Source: a virus
Lineage: Duplodnaviria; Heunggongvirae; Uroviricota; Caudoviricetes
Direction: 5' to 3' (one strand)
DNA: 64,000 nt
IMG/VR virus record: IMGVR_UViG_3300028833_000137
The translations under genes were made by a program, and so were the position numbers. Below are positions 10,469 to 21,209 of the stretch, one piece after another (positions within the stretch are counted from its first letter, which is position 1; every line of letters starts with the position of its first letter). Under the pieces are notes generated by a model. The model was not told the DNA's origin, did no database searches, and worked only from the letters and a program-made list of their open reading frames with translations.

Positions 10469-12331
10469 TCAACTGTTCAGAATACTAAAATCAACATTCT
10501 CAAATAGAAATTCTCTTCTAGGCTCTACATCAATACCCATAAGCATCTTTAAACTTTCAGCCGCAGCTTCAACATCTTTCATAGAGAGAATTTCAAGACG
10601 ACGATTCTGTGGATGAAGCATAGACTGCTCCATATCTTCTGGATTGAGCTCACCTAACCCTTTCGCTCTTGTGATATCCCAACTTTCATGTCCTTTACGC
10701 ACCTGCGCTAACTCATTATCATCATAAGCGAATAGCTTATTATTACCTTTCTGTAGTTTATAAAGGGGCGCGCGCAACCAGCAAAGTCTATTCTCAAGAA
10801 TAAACTCTGGCATCAATACATAGAACATTGTTGCTACGAGACACATAATATTATAGCCATCAACATCAGCGTCAACTGCGATAGCAACCTTACCATAATT
10901 TAATTTCTTACTATTGTAGCGATTCTGAATGCCACATCCAAGCGCCATAATAATATCAGAAACCTCCTGATTTTCAAGGCACTCATCAAGTGGATGTTTT
11001 AACAGATTCTTTACTTTGCCGCGCACAGCATAAAGTGCTTCTGTATTAACATCGCGTGCGGGAAGAAGTCCACCGAGAGCAGAATTACCTTCACACACGA
11101 TTAACATTGAATCTTGTCCGTGCTTTTCACAATCCTTAAACTTGTCAGAAGAAGTAATCTTTTGTTTCTTATGCTCCGTCTCCTTCTTTTCCATATTAAG
11201 GACAGCATTACGAGCCTTTTCAGCCGCAGCTTCTGCCTTTTCAATTTTCTTTAACATTTCTACAATAGTGGTAAATTCACTATTATATTTAATGTTCATT
11301 TCTTTTAAGGCAGCGGTAAAAGCAGTTGTAGCCAAAGTCCGTAAAGAAGGGTTATTGATTTTGGTTTTTGTTTGGTTAGCAAATGAAGGATTTTCTACTT
11401 TACAATTAACTACATAAAATAGATTTTTACGAATATATTCTCCGTCAAAATTCTGGCCTGATAGATTGTTAAAAGTTTTAGTTATCGCAGCACGAGCACC
11501 AGTAACTGGAGTCCCTAATTCTGGGCAGCGAAGACCATTTACAAAAACATATGGAGTTTCGCGCTTAGTTCCCCATTGAAATGCGATTTCTACTGTATCT
11601 GTTCCATCAGTAGCAGAACCAGTAATGATATGTTTTTGTAGTGGCTTTTGAACCATTTCCTTTACGAAATTTACAATTCCTTCTTTGGCACAATAAGTTT
11701 TAGTTTCTTTTCCGCAAGAAACTATAAATTCAATACCAGGATATAGATATGAAATATCTTTGATGTCCGCGCAAATGCGCTCATAAGAATATCCAATTTC
11801 TCCATTAGAAAATACTTCTGGGTCAGGCTTAAAGCGCACATAAGTGCCATTAGGATCTTTTGTAGTTCCTTCTTTATAGGTAACTAGATTACCTTTTTCA
11901 AAAAAAGCACAGGCGCATTTACCATCACGATTACTTTGAACTTCAAATTTTTCAGAAGATAGGCAAACACAAGAACCGCCGACGCCATTTAACCCCGATG
12001 CGTTTTTATAAGCATCGTGATTAAATTTACCACCTGTATGGGATTGTGTGTAAATAGCAACTAGCACGTTCTCGCCATTCTCACGGATGCCAAAAGGAAC
12101 GCCGCGGCCATAATCGCGCACCATGACGGCGTTTTCTTTTTCATCTACATCAATTTCAATCTTCTTGCCAAAACCAGCAAGAGCCTCGTCAGTACTATTA
12201 TTTATAATTTCCTTTAAAGCCTGATAAGTTCCTTCTATGTCATCTGACCCCAAATACATTTGAATACGAGTGCGGACACCAGTGCGGAAATCCAAGCTTT
12301 CAATGGAGTTAATGTCATAATTTTGATTCAC
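10469..12331 (-). CDS. DNA topoisomerase II ATPase subunit (GyrB / T4 gp39-like)
   Basis: EIINNSTDEALAG matches the GyrB VVDNSIDEALAG N-box. LIVCEGNSALGG matches the Toprim EGDSAGG motif. Confidence 0.8.
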   Translation of the reverse strand: MNQNYDINSIESLDFRTGVRTRIQMYLGSDDIEGTYQALKEIINNSTDEALAGFGKKIEIDVDEKENAVMVRDYGRGVPFGIRENGENVLVAIYTQSHTGGKFNHDAYKNASGLNGVGGSCVCLSSEKFEVQSNRDGKCACAFFEKGNLVTYKEGTTKDPNGTYVRFKPDPEVFSNGEIGYSYERICADIKDISYLYPGIEFIVSCGKETKTYCAKEGIVNFVKEMVQKPLQKHIITGSATDGTDTVEIAFQWGTKRETPYVFVNGLRCPELGTPVTGARAAITKTFNNLSGQNFDGEYIRKNLFYVVNCKVENPSFANQTKTKINNPSLRTLATTAFTAALKEMNIKYNSEFTTIVEMLKKIEKAEAAAEKARNAVLNMEKKETEHKKQKITSSDKFKDCEKHGQDSMLIVCEGNSALGGLLPARDVNTEALYAVRGKVKNLLKHPLDECLENQEVSDIIMALGCGIQNRYNSKKLNYGKVAIAVDADVDGYNIMCLVATMFYVLMPEFILENRLCWLRAPLYKLQKGNNKLFAYDDNELAQVRKGHESWDITRAKGLGELNPEDMEQSMLHPQNRRLEILSMKDVEAAAESLKMLMGIDVEPRREFLFENVDFSILNS

Positions 12332-12402
12332 ATTATCCCTCCTTTTCTTTACATTTAATTATAGCATAAATTAAAAGAAAAGTCAAACCTTACCAGTTTG
12401 AC

Positions 12403-13233
12403 TTAAATTATAAAATACGGATCACAATCTATTCTTTGTAATTGTGCTTGTTCATGTAGTATTTCTAATGGTTTATTAAATTCATATTTAATATTAGAAA
12501 TTAAAAAATGTTCTCTATTAACTTGAAAAGTTTTATTACAAGTATATCCGTTGCCTTTTCGTGCGATATAATACCATCTATAATATATCCCTAAATTATT
12601 ATATTTATCTTCCCATTCTATTTTGTCTCTTTTAATTACACTTTCTAATTCAATATCATGTTGACGAGTAATATTATTTTCTAAATTTAAATAAATAGGT
12701 ACTTTGTCATCTCGTTTACAACAATTATTATTAATAGGCCAAGCATGAATTAAAAAATGATTTTCATCAAATTTCCAAGTTAAATCATATTTAATTTTTT
12801 CATAAGTAGTTTGTCTTTTTAACAAAATCTTTTCAATAGTATTTAAAAAAGTTTTTGTCTGAATTGCTCTTAAAATATGACGTTCATCTTCGTCTGTAAT
12901 GGTATATCCACGCCATTCAGTTATAAGAATGCTCGTATTTGTTTTTTCTTGCTGAGATTCTTCAGCATGATTGCCGCGAGTAGAATTAAAGCCTTGTTCA
13001 TAGCTATTATATAAATTGATATAATAAGCTTCACGAGAGTCAAGATCTTCTTCTTTACATTCTTCTAAAATTGTAAAAACAAAATCATTGGGATTTTTAA
13101 GGAGAAATTGATGCCAATCTGAATCAATACAAGTTCTATGTTCTTTTTCACGGCGCTCTATATCAATAGATTGTCCAACATACCATTTGCCACTAGAAAT
13201 TTGAAAAAAACCATAAATACCACATTTAGACAT
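12403..13233 (-). CDS. GIY-YIG homing endonuclease
   Basis: N-terminal GIYGFF...GKWYVGQS...RREKEH GIY-YIG motif. Free-standing, sits beside the topoisomerase genes. Confidence 0.6.
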   Translation of the reverse strand: MSKCGIYGFFQISSGKWYVGQSIDIERREKEHRTCIDSDWHQFLLKNPNDFVFTILEECKEEDLDSREAYYINLYNSYEQGFNSTRGNHAEESQQEKTNTSILITEWRGYTITDEDERHILRAIQTKTFLNTIEKILLKRQTTYEKIKYDLTWKFDENHFLIHAWPINNNCCKRDDKVPIYLNLENNITRQHDIELESVIKRDKIEWEDKYNNLGIYYRWYYIARKGNGYTCNKTFQVNREHFLISNIKYEFNKPLEILHEQAQLQRIDCDPYFII

Positions 13234-13965
13234 CCTTAATCTTCACCTATTTTCGTCTTTATTGGTTTGATCATACTTACACTCCATACATAAATCTAAC
13301 CATTGTCCTGATGAAGCATCATAAGTTTTATAGCCATCTGTATTGAATTGCTGCGCCATTATGCTAATATTTGCGTATACATTACTTGGCATAATATTTC
13401 CATACCAAAGTAATTCTTTTCCACATTTATCACAAAAATACTTAATCATTTTGTATTTTTAGTTCCTTTTCTCTTTGTTTTATTACTTCATTTGGATTAT
13501 CACCAATTACAAAATAAATATTTTGCAAGCGTTTAAGAGTTTTATTTATATTATTTTGTTCAAGTTCTAAACATTTTTTTATAGCCCATATTGGACAATG
13601 TGTTATTTCTTGTATTTGTTTTATAGTAACTAATTTATTTATTTCCATTTTTAATTATTAAAGACTCCGATACATCTTTTAAACTAACTTCACTCAAATC
13701 ATTTTATGAACCACGCTGAAAATATTCTGTTGCTTCTTTATTAATGCTAATTGGATCATAAGGGCTATATTCACTTACTTTAATCATTAAATTTATATTT
13801 CTCCTTAATATATTAACATTATAATAAAACTTAATATCGGATGTTCTTTTTCTAATGGTTTAATTCTATTTTTATAAATCCATTCTGCTTTTGGCCAAGG
13901 CCCCCAATTATAACAATAATTAAAGAATGACCAATAGTCTCGTAATTCTTTAAATATTTTCCACA

Positions 13966-14424
13966 TTATGTTAATACCGTTCTACATTGTGTTTTTTTAC
14001 TTCTTACTTCAAGCGTATCAGTAATAAATTGTAACATATTATAATAAGTATCTTTATTTTTATTACAGACAAAAAATTCATTTGCACTACAATAAGTCAT
14101 TAAAGATGCTGGTTCATCTGTAATTTGAAGAATGATAATTCTTTTATTTAAAGCATAAGCATATCCATTTTCCCAATTAGTACCCGCGGTTGATTTTCTT
14201 CCTTGAGAAATCATAAAGAAAACATCGCATTCTTGAATTGCTTTAATATCTGCTTCAAAAACAGCTTGCGCCCAATCTTCTTGTGGCATATCCCAAGCAT
14301 TTTCAATTTTAAGCTCCCAAGGACAATATACTTCATGTTTTCCGTATTCACGGAAAATTTTTGCTATTTGAACCATATCATAACGATTTTCTGTATCACA
14401 AGGGCCAGCAAGATAGATTTTCAT
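13966..14424 (-). CDS. nucleoside 2-deoxyribosyltransferase-like protein, copy 1
   Basis: MKIYLAGP N-terminus and overall pattern typical of the nucleoside 2-deoxyribosyltransferase / DNPH1 fold. Paralogue at 21209..21721. Confidence 0.45.
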   Translation of the reverse strand: MKIYLAGPCDTENRYDMVQIAKIFREYGKHEVYCPWELKIENAWDMPQEDWAQAVFEADIKAIQECDVFFMISQGRKSTAGTNWENGYAYALNKRIIILQITDEPASLMTYCSANEFFVCNKNKDTYYNMLQFITDTLEVRSKKTQCRTVLT

Positions 14425-14426
14425 TC

Positions 14427-15137
14427 TTACTCCTTTAATATTGCTTCAATTCTTTTTTTAGATTGTTCATAATATTCCGGATTGATTTCACATCCAATAA
14501 ATTGTCTGTTAGTTTGAATTGCAGCAACACCAGTAGTTCCACTTCCGCTAAAACAATCTAGTACTATATCTCCTTCATTAGAGTGCTTTATAATAAGTTC
14601 TTTAATAAGCTCTAATGGTTTTTGTGTTGGATGAAATCTTCCTTTATCGTGGCAAATAGGATATTGATATAAACCATTATCATAAGAACTATTAAAAGTA
14701 GGCTTAGATTTTTTAATACCTAATACTGCAATTTCACGAGCGTTGGATAAATAATTTATTTTACTATTAATTGGAACAGGATTTGTTTTTAGCCACTCAA
14801 TAAAACGGATTTGTTTAAATTTATTATTTTCATAATAACGTTTTATGGTTTCAATTTTCCATAAATCGTAAAAACAAATCATTGTGCCGCCATCTTTTAA
14901 AATTCTATATCCTTGTTTAAACACTTCTTCTAAATTAGTAAAATTTTTGTCCCAATCTCCAAAATCCATTGAAATACGAAATCTATCAGTATCAGTTCCA
15001 GTAAGTTCTCCATTTTGAAAATTGGTTTCGCGTGAAATTTCATAGGGCGGGTCAATTAATATTAAATCTATAGATTTTGAATCTATAGATGGTAAAAAAT
15101 CAAAACAAGATTTATTTTCATATTGCATATTTATCAC
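14427..15137 (-). CDS. DNA methyltransferase (N6-adenine or N4-cytosine, beta class)
   Basis: Motif IV DPPY precedes motif I FSGSGTTG, the beta-class order. Confidence 0.7.
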   Translation of the reverse strand: MINMQYENKSCFDFLPSIDSKSIDLILIDPPYEISRETNFQNGELTGTDTDRFRISMDFGDWDKNFTNLEEVFKQGYRILKDGGTMICFYDLWKIETIKRYYENNKFKQIRFIEWLKTNPVPINSKINYLSNAREIAVLGIKKSKPTFNSSYDNGLYQYPICHDKGRFHPTQKPLELIKELIIKHSNEGDIVLDCFSGSGTTGVAAIQTNRQFIGCEINPEYYEQSKKRIEAILKE

Positions 15138-15712
15138 ACCTTATTAAAATTAGTTGATATAATTTTATTAAATTGAATTGGATCATACCAATAACAACCT
15201 TCACAAACTTGACTATTAGCATCGCCTTTAATCCAACCAACACTATAACCTAAAACTGTTGCGTCAAAACGTTTGCATTTATTACGGCATTCTTTACAAT
15301 GTTGGCGTTTAGCATCATTTTCAGCTTTACTTAAACATTGAAAAGCATCAATAGTAGTGGCTTTTTCAGGATATCTCCCATCTTTATGGTCGCATTCATT
15401 TTGTGAATGAACATAAAGAATACTGCTGGGACGTGCTACTATTTCATTACGAATATTAGTTGGAATAGAATGGTCTCGCGTAATAGTAGTATTAAAACCA
15501 TTTAAACGAATGGCAGTAATACGCCGATGACCAGAAACACTATATTGTTTTTCAACTATAAACTTCTTAGCTAAAGTGCCATCACTACGATTCCAGTCAC
15601 CGCCATTAGTATGAGTTAAACCAATGGCCTCCCATTCTTCACGAGTAACCCAACGAGAAACACCATTATCGTCAGGATTTGCAAGTTTTACAAATTGTTC
15701 CCACTTAGCCAT
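15134..15712 (-). CDS. Cys-rich protein, possible HNH-type nuclease partner of the methyltransferase
   Basis: ATGA overlap with the methyltransferase. C-terminal ECDHKDG...N...H plus a CxxC...CxxC cluster resembles a His-Me finger. Weak. Confidence 0.25.
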   Translation of the reverse strand: MAKWEQFVKLANPDDNGVSRWVTREEWEAIGLTHTNGGDWNRSDGTLAKKFIVEKQYSVSGHRRITAIRLNGFNTTITRDHSIPTNIRNEIVARPSSILYVHSQNECDHKDGRYPEKATTIDAFQCLSKAENDAKRQHCKECRNKCKRFDATVLGYSVGWIKGDANSQVCEGCYWYDPIQFNKIISTNFNKV

Positions 15713-16139
15713 TTTATTAATTCCTTTCTTTTTTCTATAAATATTATATCAAAAGTTAAATAAGAAGTCAAATATTATTCTGACTTCCAAATTTCATTTA
15801 AAATATCATAAAGAACTTCTCCTAATAAATAACACCGTATAGCACAATCTAAATGTCTAGCTAAATCTCCATCATGATAATGCTGTAAAAGAATTTTCAT
15901 ATCTATACCAAATTCTTCACAAGCCTCCATCATTAAATCAAGATTATAAGCAAGACATGACTCACAATAGCTCTCTGTATCGTAGTATTTTCCGCCATTC
16001 CCAGTAATAGAGTCATTCGCCCATAGTTCACTATAAAGATCATCTTCTAGGTCAGTGCGAAATTCCCAATCTTCTAGTGTTATGTTAGATTCAATATAAT
16101 TTAATATATCTAATTTTATTGCTTTTCTATAATCATAGC

Positions 16140-16859
16140 TCATGCTACTATCTCCCATTTTTCATTAGGCATAATCTCTAATATATCCTGATAGAGAATA
16201 TTAAATTTTTGATTATCATATGAATGATCAACATGATAATGGCCCATATACCACTTATTGAAAGTAGTAGTCATTCTTACAAACTTTTCAAGAAAATTAG
16301 TAATATCGTCATGCGCTCGTTCATATGAAAAAAGTTTGTCTACAATATAATTTGGACCACAATGAGTGATGATATTGTCTACTTGGAAGTTATGTGCGCG
16401 AAGATTATTCGCGGCGTATTCCATTTCATCCCAGGTAGGTATTTCTTGTGGCCACCATGATACGCCTTCTTTACGATAAGCTTTATCAACAGAAGTTGCT
16501 CCACCCATACAGAAAAAGGTTTGATTATTAAGTGTAAAAATTTCACCATTTTCTATATACATAACATGCGGTCGTACTCTACGAACCTTGGTGCCGTGCC
16601 ATTCGGTGAGCGGAATTGCGCGAAGTGTATCATAATTTTCATGATTGCCTAGCACTGAAACTACAGTGTATGGTCTATCTTCAAGCCAATCGCACCAATA
16701 CTTTACTTCTTTAGAATTGTTCCAAGTGAATCCTGCATCACCACAAATAATAAGTGTATCTTCTTTATTTAATTCGCGCGAAGAAGGCCAATTTTTAAAA
16801 CTTAGTTTTTGAATATCTATTTCAAGATGAATATCGCCAGTAACGAATATTCTATTCAT
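16140..16859 (-). CDS. calcineurin-like metallophosphoesterase
   Basis: GDIH, GDAG and GNHE motifs. True start is probably MNRIFVTGDIH at 16859 with an AAAGGAAG RBS; the longer track ORF overlaps the upstream gene. Confidence 0.6.
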   Translation of the reverse strand: MNRIFVTGDIHLEIDIQKLSFKNWPSSRELNKEDTLIICGDAGFTWNNSKEVKYWCDWLEDRPYTVVSVLGNHENYDTLRAIPLTEWHGTKVRRVRPHVMYIENGEIFTLNNQTFFCMGGATSVDKAYRKEGVSWWPQEIPTWDEMEYAANNLRAHNFQVDNIITHCGPNYIVDKLFSYERAHDDITNFLEKFVRMTTTFNKWYMGHYHVDHSYDNQKFNILYQDILEIMPNEKWEIVA

Positions 16860-17371
16860 TTTAATCTTCCTTTCTTTGATTATAAATATCGGAACCATTA
16901 TAATACCGAGATTCCGAACATCCATCATTAGCAAAATTAAAAGAACAACCATAGAAATTAATAATTGGACGAATATCTGGTAGTTCAATTTCTTCTACAA
17001 TTTCAGCAAGTTCTTCAAGATTTTCTTTAACTTCTTTAATATGTTCATTAGCATTAGTACTATCTAAATCTAAGTTAGCAACAATATTAATATCGGGTTG
17101 CTTTTTTTCATTAACGTTTTGTTGTAGTTGTTCATAATATTCCATCATAAGTAATCACTCCCATGAGTATTTTTCTATTTTCTTTGGCTTTTCGCTATAC
17201 CATTTCTTGCGAGCACCGCAATGCGGGCAATATGGATAAATGTATTTTATTTTTGATTTCCAATAACCTTCTTCATCTTTTTCATATGAAGAACAGTTAT
17301 ATTGGAAGCCACATTTACAATGGGCATATAATGCGGCATCTGCGTAGTATCGCCGCACTTCCCACCAGTGG

Positions 17372-17677
17372 TCAGTTCCTCGTTTCATTTTCATTCGTTG
17401 TCGCATTAAATCCAATCATTTTAATACCATAATACTTTTCTAATAATCCTGCGAGAAAATATGGACATTCATCTACTAACGCAGGCTTATCTATTGAATA
17501 ATCATCATTGTTTAAATCCCCAAACCCATTAATTTCAAGGTCATTATAACCTAAATCTTTAGCTTTTGCGCGAAGAGCGCGTGAATTAATTGTTAAAATC
17601 ATTGCATTATTTTTACGTGCTTCTTCAAATAATTTTACAGTTTTTCCGCTGCCACGAAAGCCAATAATACTAATCAT
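17372..17677 (-). CDS. small P-loop protein
   Basis: Walker A-like GFRGSGKT. Confidence 0.3.
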   Translation of the reverse strand: MISIIGFRGSGKTVKLFEEARKNNAMILTINSRALRAKAKDLGYNDLEINGFGDLNNDDYSIDKPALVDECPYFLAGLLEKYYGIKMIGFNATTNENETRN

Positions 17678-18023
17678 TTTCTAACTCCTCCACCGTATAG
17701 ACATCAGTGTATTTTGTATGGTCTATGATTTTATAATGGTCATAGATATCATTTATTGATGTATCTTCATTTACTCTTATAATATATTGCTTACGACCGG
17801 TATCTACTTTAGGCTCGGTAATAGTAAGAATTAAGCTAACAAAAAAAATTAGCATTCCTACAGCAGAAAAACAAGTTAAGATCGCCGCGCCTATGTCATA
17901 ACCATCACTATATAGCATTCCTGCTAAAATTAAACATATAACTGTACCTATTAAACCACATAATACAAAGTTTACATAATTTCCTGGTGCTTCAATAATT
18001 GGAATAGTTTCAAGTATTGTCAT
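17670..18023 (-). CDS. small membrane protein
   Basis: Two predicted transmembrane segments. Confidence 0.3.
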   Translation of the reverse strand: MTILETIPIIEAPGNYVNFVLCGLIGTVICLILAGMLYSDGYDIGAAILTCFSAVGMLIFFVSLILTITEPKVDTGRKQYIIRVNEDTSINDIYDHYKIIDHTKYTDVYTVEELEND

Positions 18024-18381
18024 CTACATAATCTCCTTCAATTATATAAATTTCTTTTGTTTCATAAGGCTTTTCTTTTACAGTATAATTGGGGCCAAGT
18101 TCTTTCCATGCGTTATCATCAGTTATTTCAATTGTGTATTCAATTTTAGACGGATAGTTGAAAATAGTTTTGTTATCTTCAATAAAAGTTAAAGCGATAC
18201 AAATAATAAATAAAGCGAAGGAAATCCAACAGAGTGGACCAGCCCATGCTTCACATCCATCTAACCAAAGTAAACCAAAGAAAAAAGCACAAAACATCAT
18301 TATAACCCATGCCGTAACACCATACCACATTGGACTAAAAATTGTTTGTTGAGAAAGAATATATACTCCATGAATATTCAT
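18010..18381 (-). CDS. small membrane protein
   Basis: Hydrophobic segments. Confidence 0.3.
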   Translation of the reverse strand: MNIHGVYILSQQTIFSPMWYGVTAWVIMMFCAFFFGLLWLDGCEAWAGPLCWISFALFIICIALTFIEDNKTIFNYPSKIEYTIEITDDNAWKELGPNYTVKEKPYETKEIYIIEGDYVDDNT

Positions 18382-18845
18382 TTATTATTTCTCTTCCTTT
18401 CCCATGCTAGAATTTCTTTTGGAAATGTTCTTGATACATACATAATTTTGCCTTCATCATCTAATGCAATGTAATTCATCATAGGACATAACTCACAAGC
18501 ATCTAAAAATTTATTATTTTCTGGGTATTCTATTGGGTGCTTCTTTAACCATTCTTTACATTCATGTTGTTGTCTGCTTTTATCATTACTTAACATTTTA
18601 AAGGTGCAAAGATGATAATGTAATCCTCCTCCGCCTAGTTCTTCTGTGTCAATTGCTCTATAAATTAAATTAAGTTTTTCTGTTGCTTCTTCTTGATTTT
18701 TTAATACATTCATATCTAATGGAAAATTTGGATTTAACTCTTTGGCTTTATATTTTGAACGCCATCTTTCTTTTTGCATTTTCTTTCTCCTTTTTTCTTA
18801 TTATAGCACAATTTTTGAACTGAGTCAAATTATAAAAATTAATGT

Positions 18846-19043
18846 TTATTTTTCATAACAAAAATTTTCCATATCTTTGATTAATTTTAATGAAGGCGTT
18901 GTTCGTTTATTTATAACTTTATTTAAATGAGAACGAGTAATTTTTAATTCATTTGCCGCCTCTAGTTGACTCATTCCTATATTTTTTAATTTTTGTTTAA
19001 AATCAAAAAATAATTTATTTAATATATCTTCTGCTTGTGTCAT
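18846..19043 (-). CDS. XRE-family HTH transcriptional regulator
   Basis: GMSQLEAANELKITRSHLNKVINKRTTPS helix-turn-helix segment. Confidence 0.5.
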   Translation of the reverse strand: MTQAEDILNKLFFDFKQKLKNIGMSQLEAANELKITRSHLNKVINKRTTPSLKLIKDMENFCYEK

Positions 19044-19925
19044 TTAATCACACACCTCCGCTGCAAGAAATAATCCTACCATAGATAGGTATTATTTCTA
19101 TTTAATTATTTTTTTCAATTTCTTTAATTTCACATTCACTCATATATGGAAAATAAATAATATTATCTACACGACCTTCTATCCTATCTGCCATTTCATA
19201 TAATGAATTTTTTATATGACGTTCGGCTTCATCTGGCAAATATCCTTCTTCAATTAATGAATTGTAATATTCTTGTTCATCTGCGATAAAAGTAAAATGT
19301 ATTGATACTTTATATTTCATATTATCTTTCTGGAAAGTGTTTCTTCCATTCCTTTCTTGAAATTTGTAATAGTCCTCTTCTTAGCATATATTGCGCTCGC
19401 GCGTAATTTTTCTTTCTAACTCTCTTCTTTTTATGCCAGCAGGCGCGTTGGTAGGTTTTGTTAAACATAATAACTGTTTTCATGTGTGTTTCATCAAATT
19501 TCAATCTGGACACTTCCTGTTGGGATGTTTTAATTCATTAATTTTCCAATAAAGTTTTACAGCACACTTAGAACACACATCTGATTTTATTATATCAATT
19601 ATATTCTTTCCGTCTGATTGAGGTAAAGATAAATCATAAAATGGATCAAAATGTTCATGTAATTCTCTGCCACAAATATCACAATATCTAATTGTTTTAA
19701 TCATTTACTTTCATTCCTTTTCTTAATTAAAATTTTCATATTTTCATAATCTAATTGCCAAGGCCAATATAAACTAGCGTTTTTACAATCTTTTACATAA
19801 GGATGACGACAACCATCTATTTCAAAATATTTACAATGCGTATTGCCGCAAGTTTCAGCTAAATAAGAGTATTCATGCCATTGTATCATATTTTTTCCCT
19901 TCTAAAAAGAGGTCAAAGAAGGTAG

Positions 19926-21209
19926 TTATGCTACCTTCTCTTCCTTTAAAATCATATTTAGCGCAATTCCAACAATCATAGCTAATGCGGTAGTCCCGAA
20001 TGAAATGACACCAAAATTACAAACTACACCGGATACGCCAAGTGTTAGAATAGAAGCAAGAATAATTACATTCTTGTTATTATTTAAGTCAATTCCACTA
20101 TCCTTGATTGTACGAATACCAGATAGAGTAATATATCCATAAAGAATTGCCGCGCATCCGCCAAAGATACAACTTGGAATTGAAACTAGAAAAGCTTGAA
20201 GTGGTCCAAAGAAACCAGCTATTGCCATAATAATCGCGGCTAAACGAATTACATGTTTAGAACAAATCTTACTAAAACCGGTAGTTCCTACACTTTCACC
20301 ATAAGAAGTATTTGGTAGAGCACCAATAAAGCAGCCTACAGTAGAAGCAATACCATCACCGATAACTGTATTACCAAGACCCGGATACTCTGTTAAATCA
20401 GTGCCAATTACAGCACTTAAAGCCTTATGGTCGGAAATATGCTCTGAAAAAGTAACTAATGAAAGAGGTAAGAATAACAATAGAATTTGTGGTAGTAGCT
20501 TCCAATTAAATGTAGCAAAATCAATATGGAAGAAACTAAAATCTGGCATCGCGAACAAATGAACATTATTAAATGCGGAGAAGTCCACAAGAGGGATGTG
20601 ATGAATTGCGGTTGTAATGCTGGCGATTACATACACAATTAAAATAGCAAATAGGAAAGGTAAATTTTTAATAAATCCTTTGCCATAATGAGAAATCAGC
20701 GCGGTAATTGCCAAAGTAAGCATACCAAAGCCAAACCCAATTAAACTATATTGCCCCTCTACTTGAAAATAAGTTGGTAGAAAAGTAGCCAAATTTAAAC
20801 CAATTACAGCTACTACAGGGCCAATTACAACTGGCGGTAGCAGCTTATTAATCCAACCAGTTCCAAAATGGTTAATAATACCGCCAATAATACAGTAGAC
20901 AACACCCACAATAATACCACCAATTGCAACAGCAGTAAAATTAGGAGCTGTTCCTAATGCTAACGCGCCCATGACCGCGGCGACAAAAGCGCCAGAAGAA
21001 CTAATAAACATGGGGCTCTGTGAGCGCGTGAATAACTGATAAACAAGAGTGCCGATACCGGCGCCTACCATTGCTGGAGCAATAGGAACGCCGCAAATCT
21101 GCGGAATAAGAATTGTAGCTACAAAGCAGGCAATTACTTGCTGTAGAGCAGCAACAATTAGTCGCTTTGCGGGAAGACGGTCATTAATATTGTAAAGCAT
21201 ATCATTCAT
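19926..21209 (-). CDS. NCS2-family nucleobase:cation symporter (uracil/xanthine permease-like)
   Basis: LQQVIACFVATILIP matches the UraA LQHLFAMFGATVLVP segment. NTSYGESVGTTG matches UraA NTTYGENIGVMA. Twelve or more predicted transmembrane segments. Confidence 0.65.
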   Translation of the reverse strand: MNDMLYNINDRLPAKRLIVAALQQVIACFVATILIPQICGVPIAPAMVGAGIGTLVYQLFTRSQSPMFISSSGAFVAAVMGALALGTAPNFTAVAIGGIIVGVVYCIIGGIINHFGTGWINKLLPPVVIGPVVAVIGLNLATFLPTYFQVEGQYSLIGFGFGMLTLAITALISHYGKGFIKNLPFLFAILIVYVIASITTAIHHIPLVDFSAFNNVHLFAMPDFSFFHIDFATFNWKLLPQILLLFLPLSLVTFSEHISDHKALSAVIGTDLTEYPGLGNTVIGDGIASTVGCFIGALPNTSYGESVGTTGFSKICSKHVIRLAAIIMAIAGFFGPLQAFLVSIPSCIFGGCAAILYGYITLSGIRTIKDSGIDLNNNKNVIILASILTLGVSGVVCNFGVISFGTTALAMIVGIALNMILKEEKVA

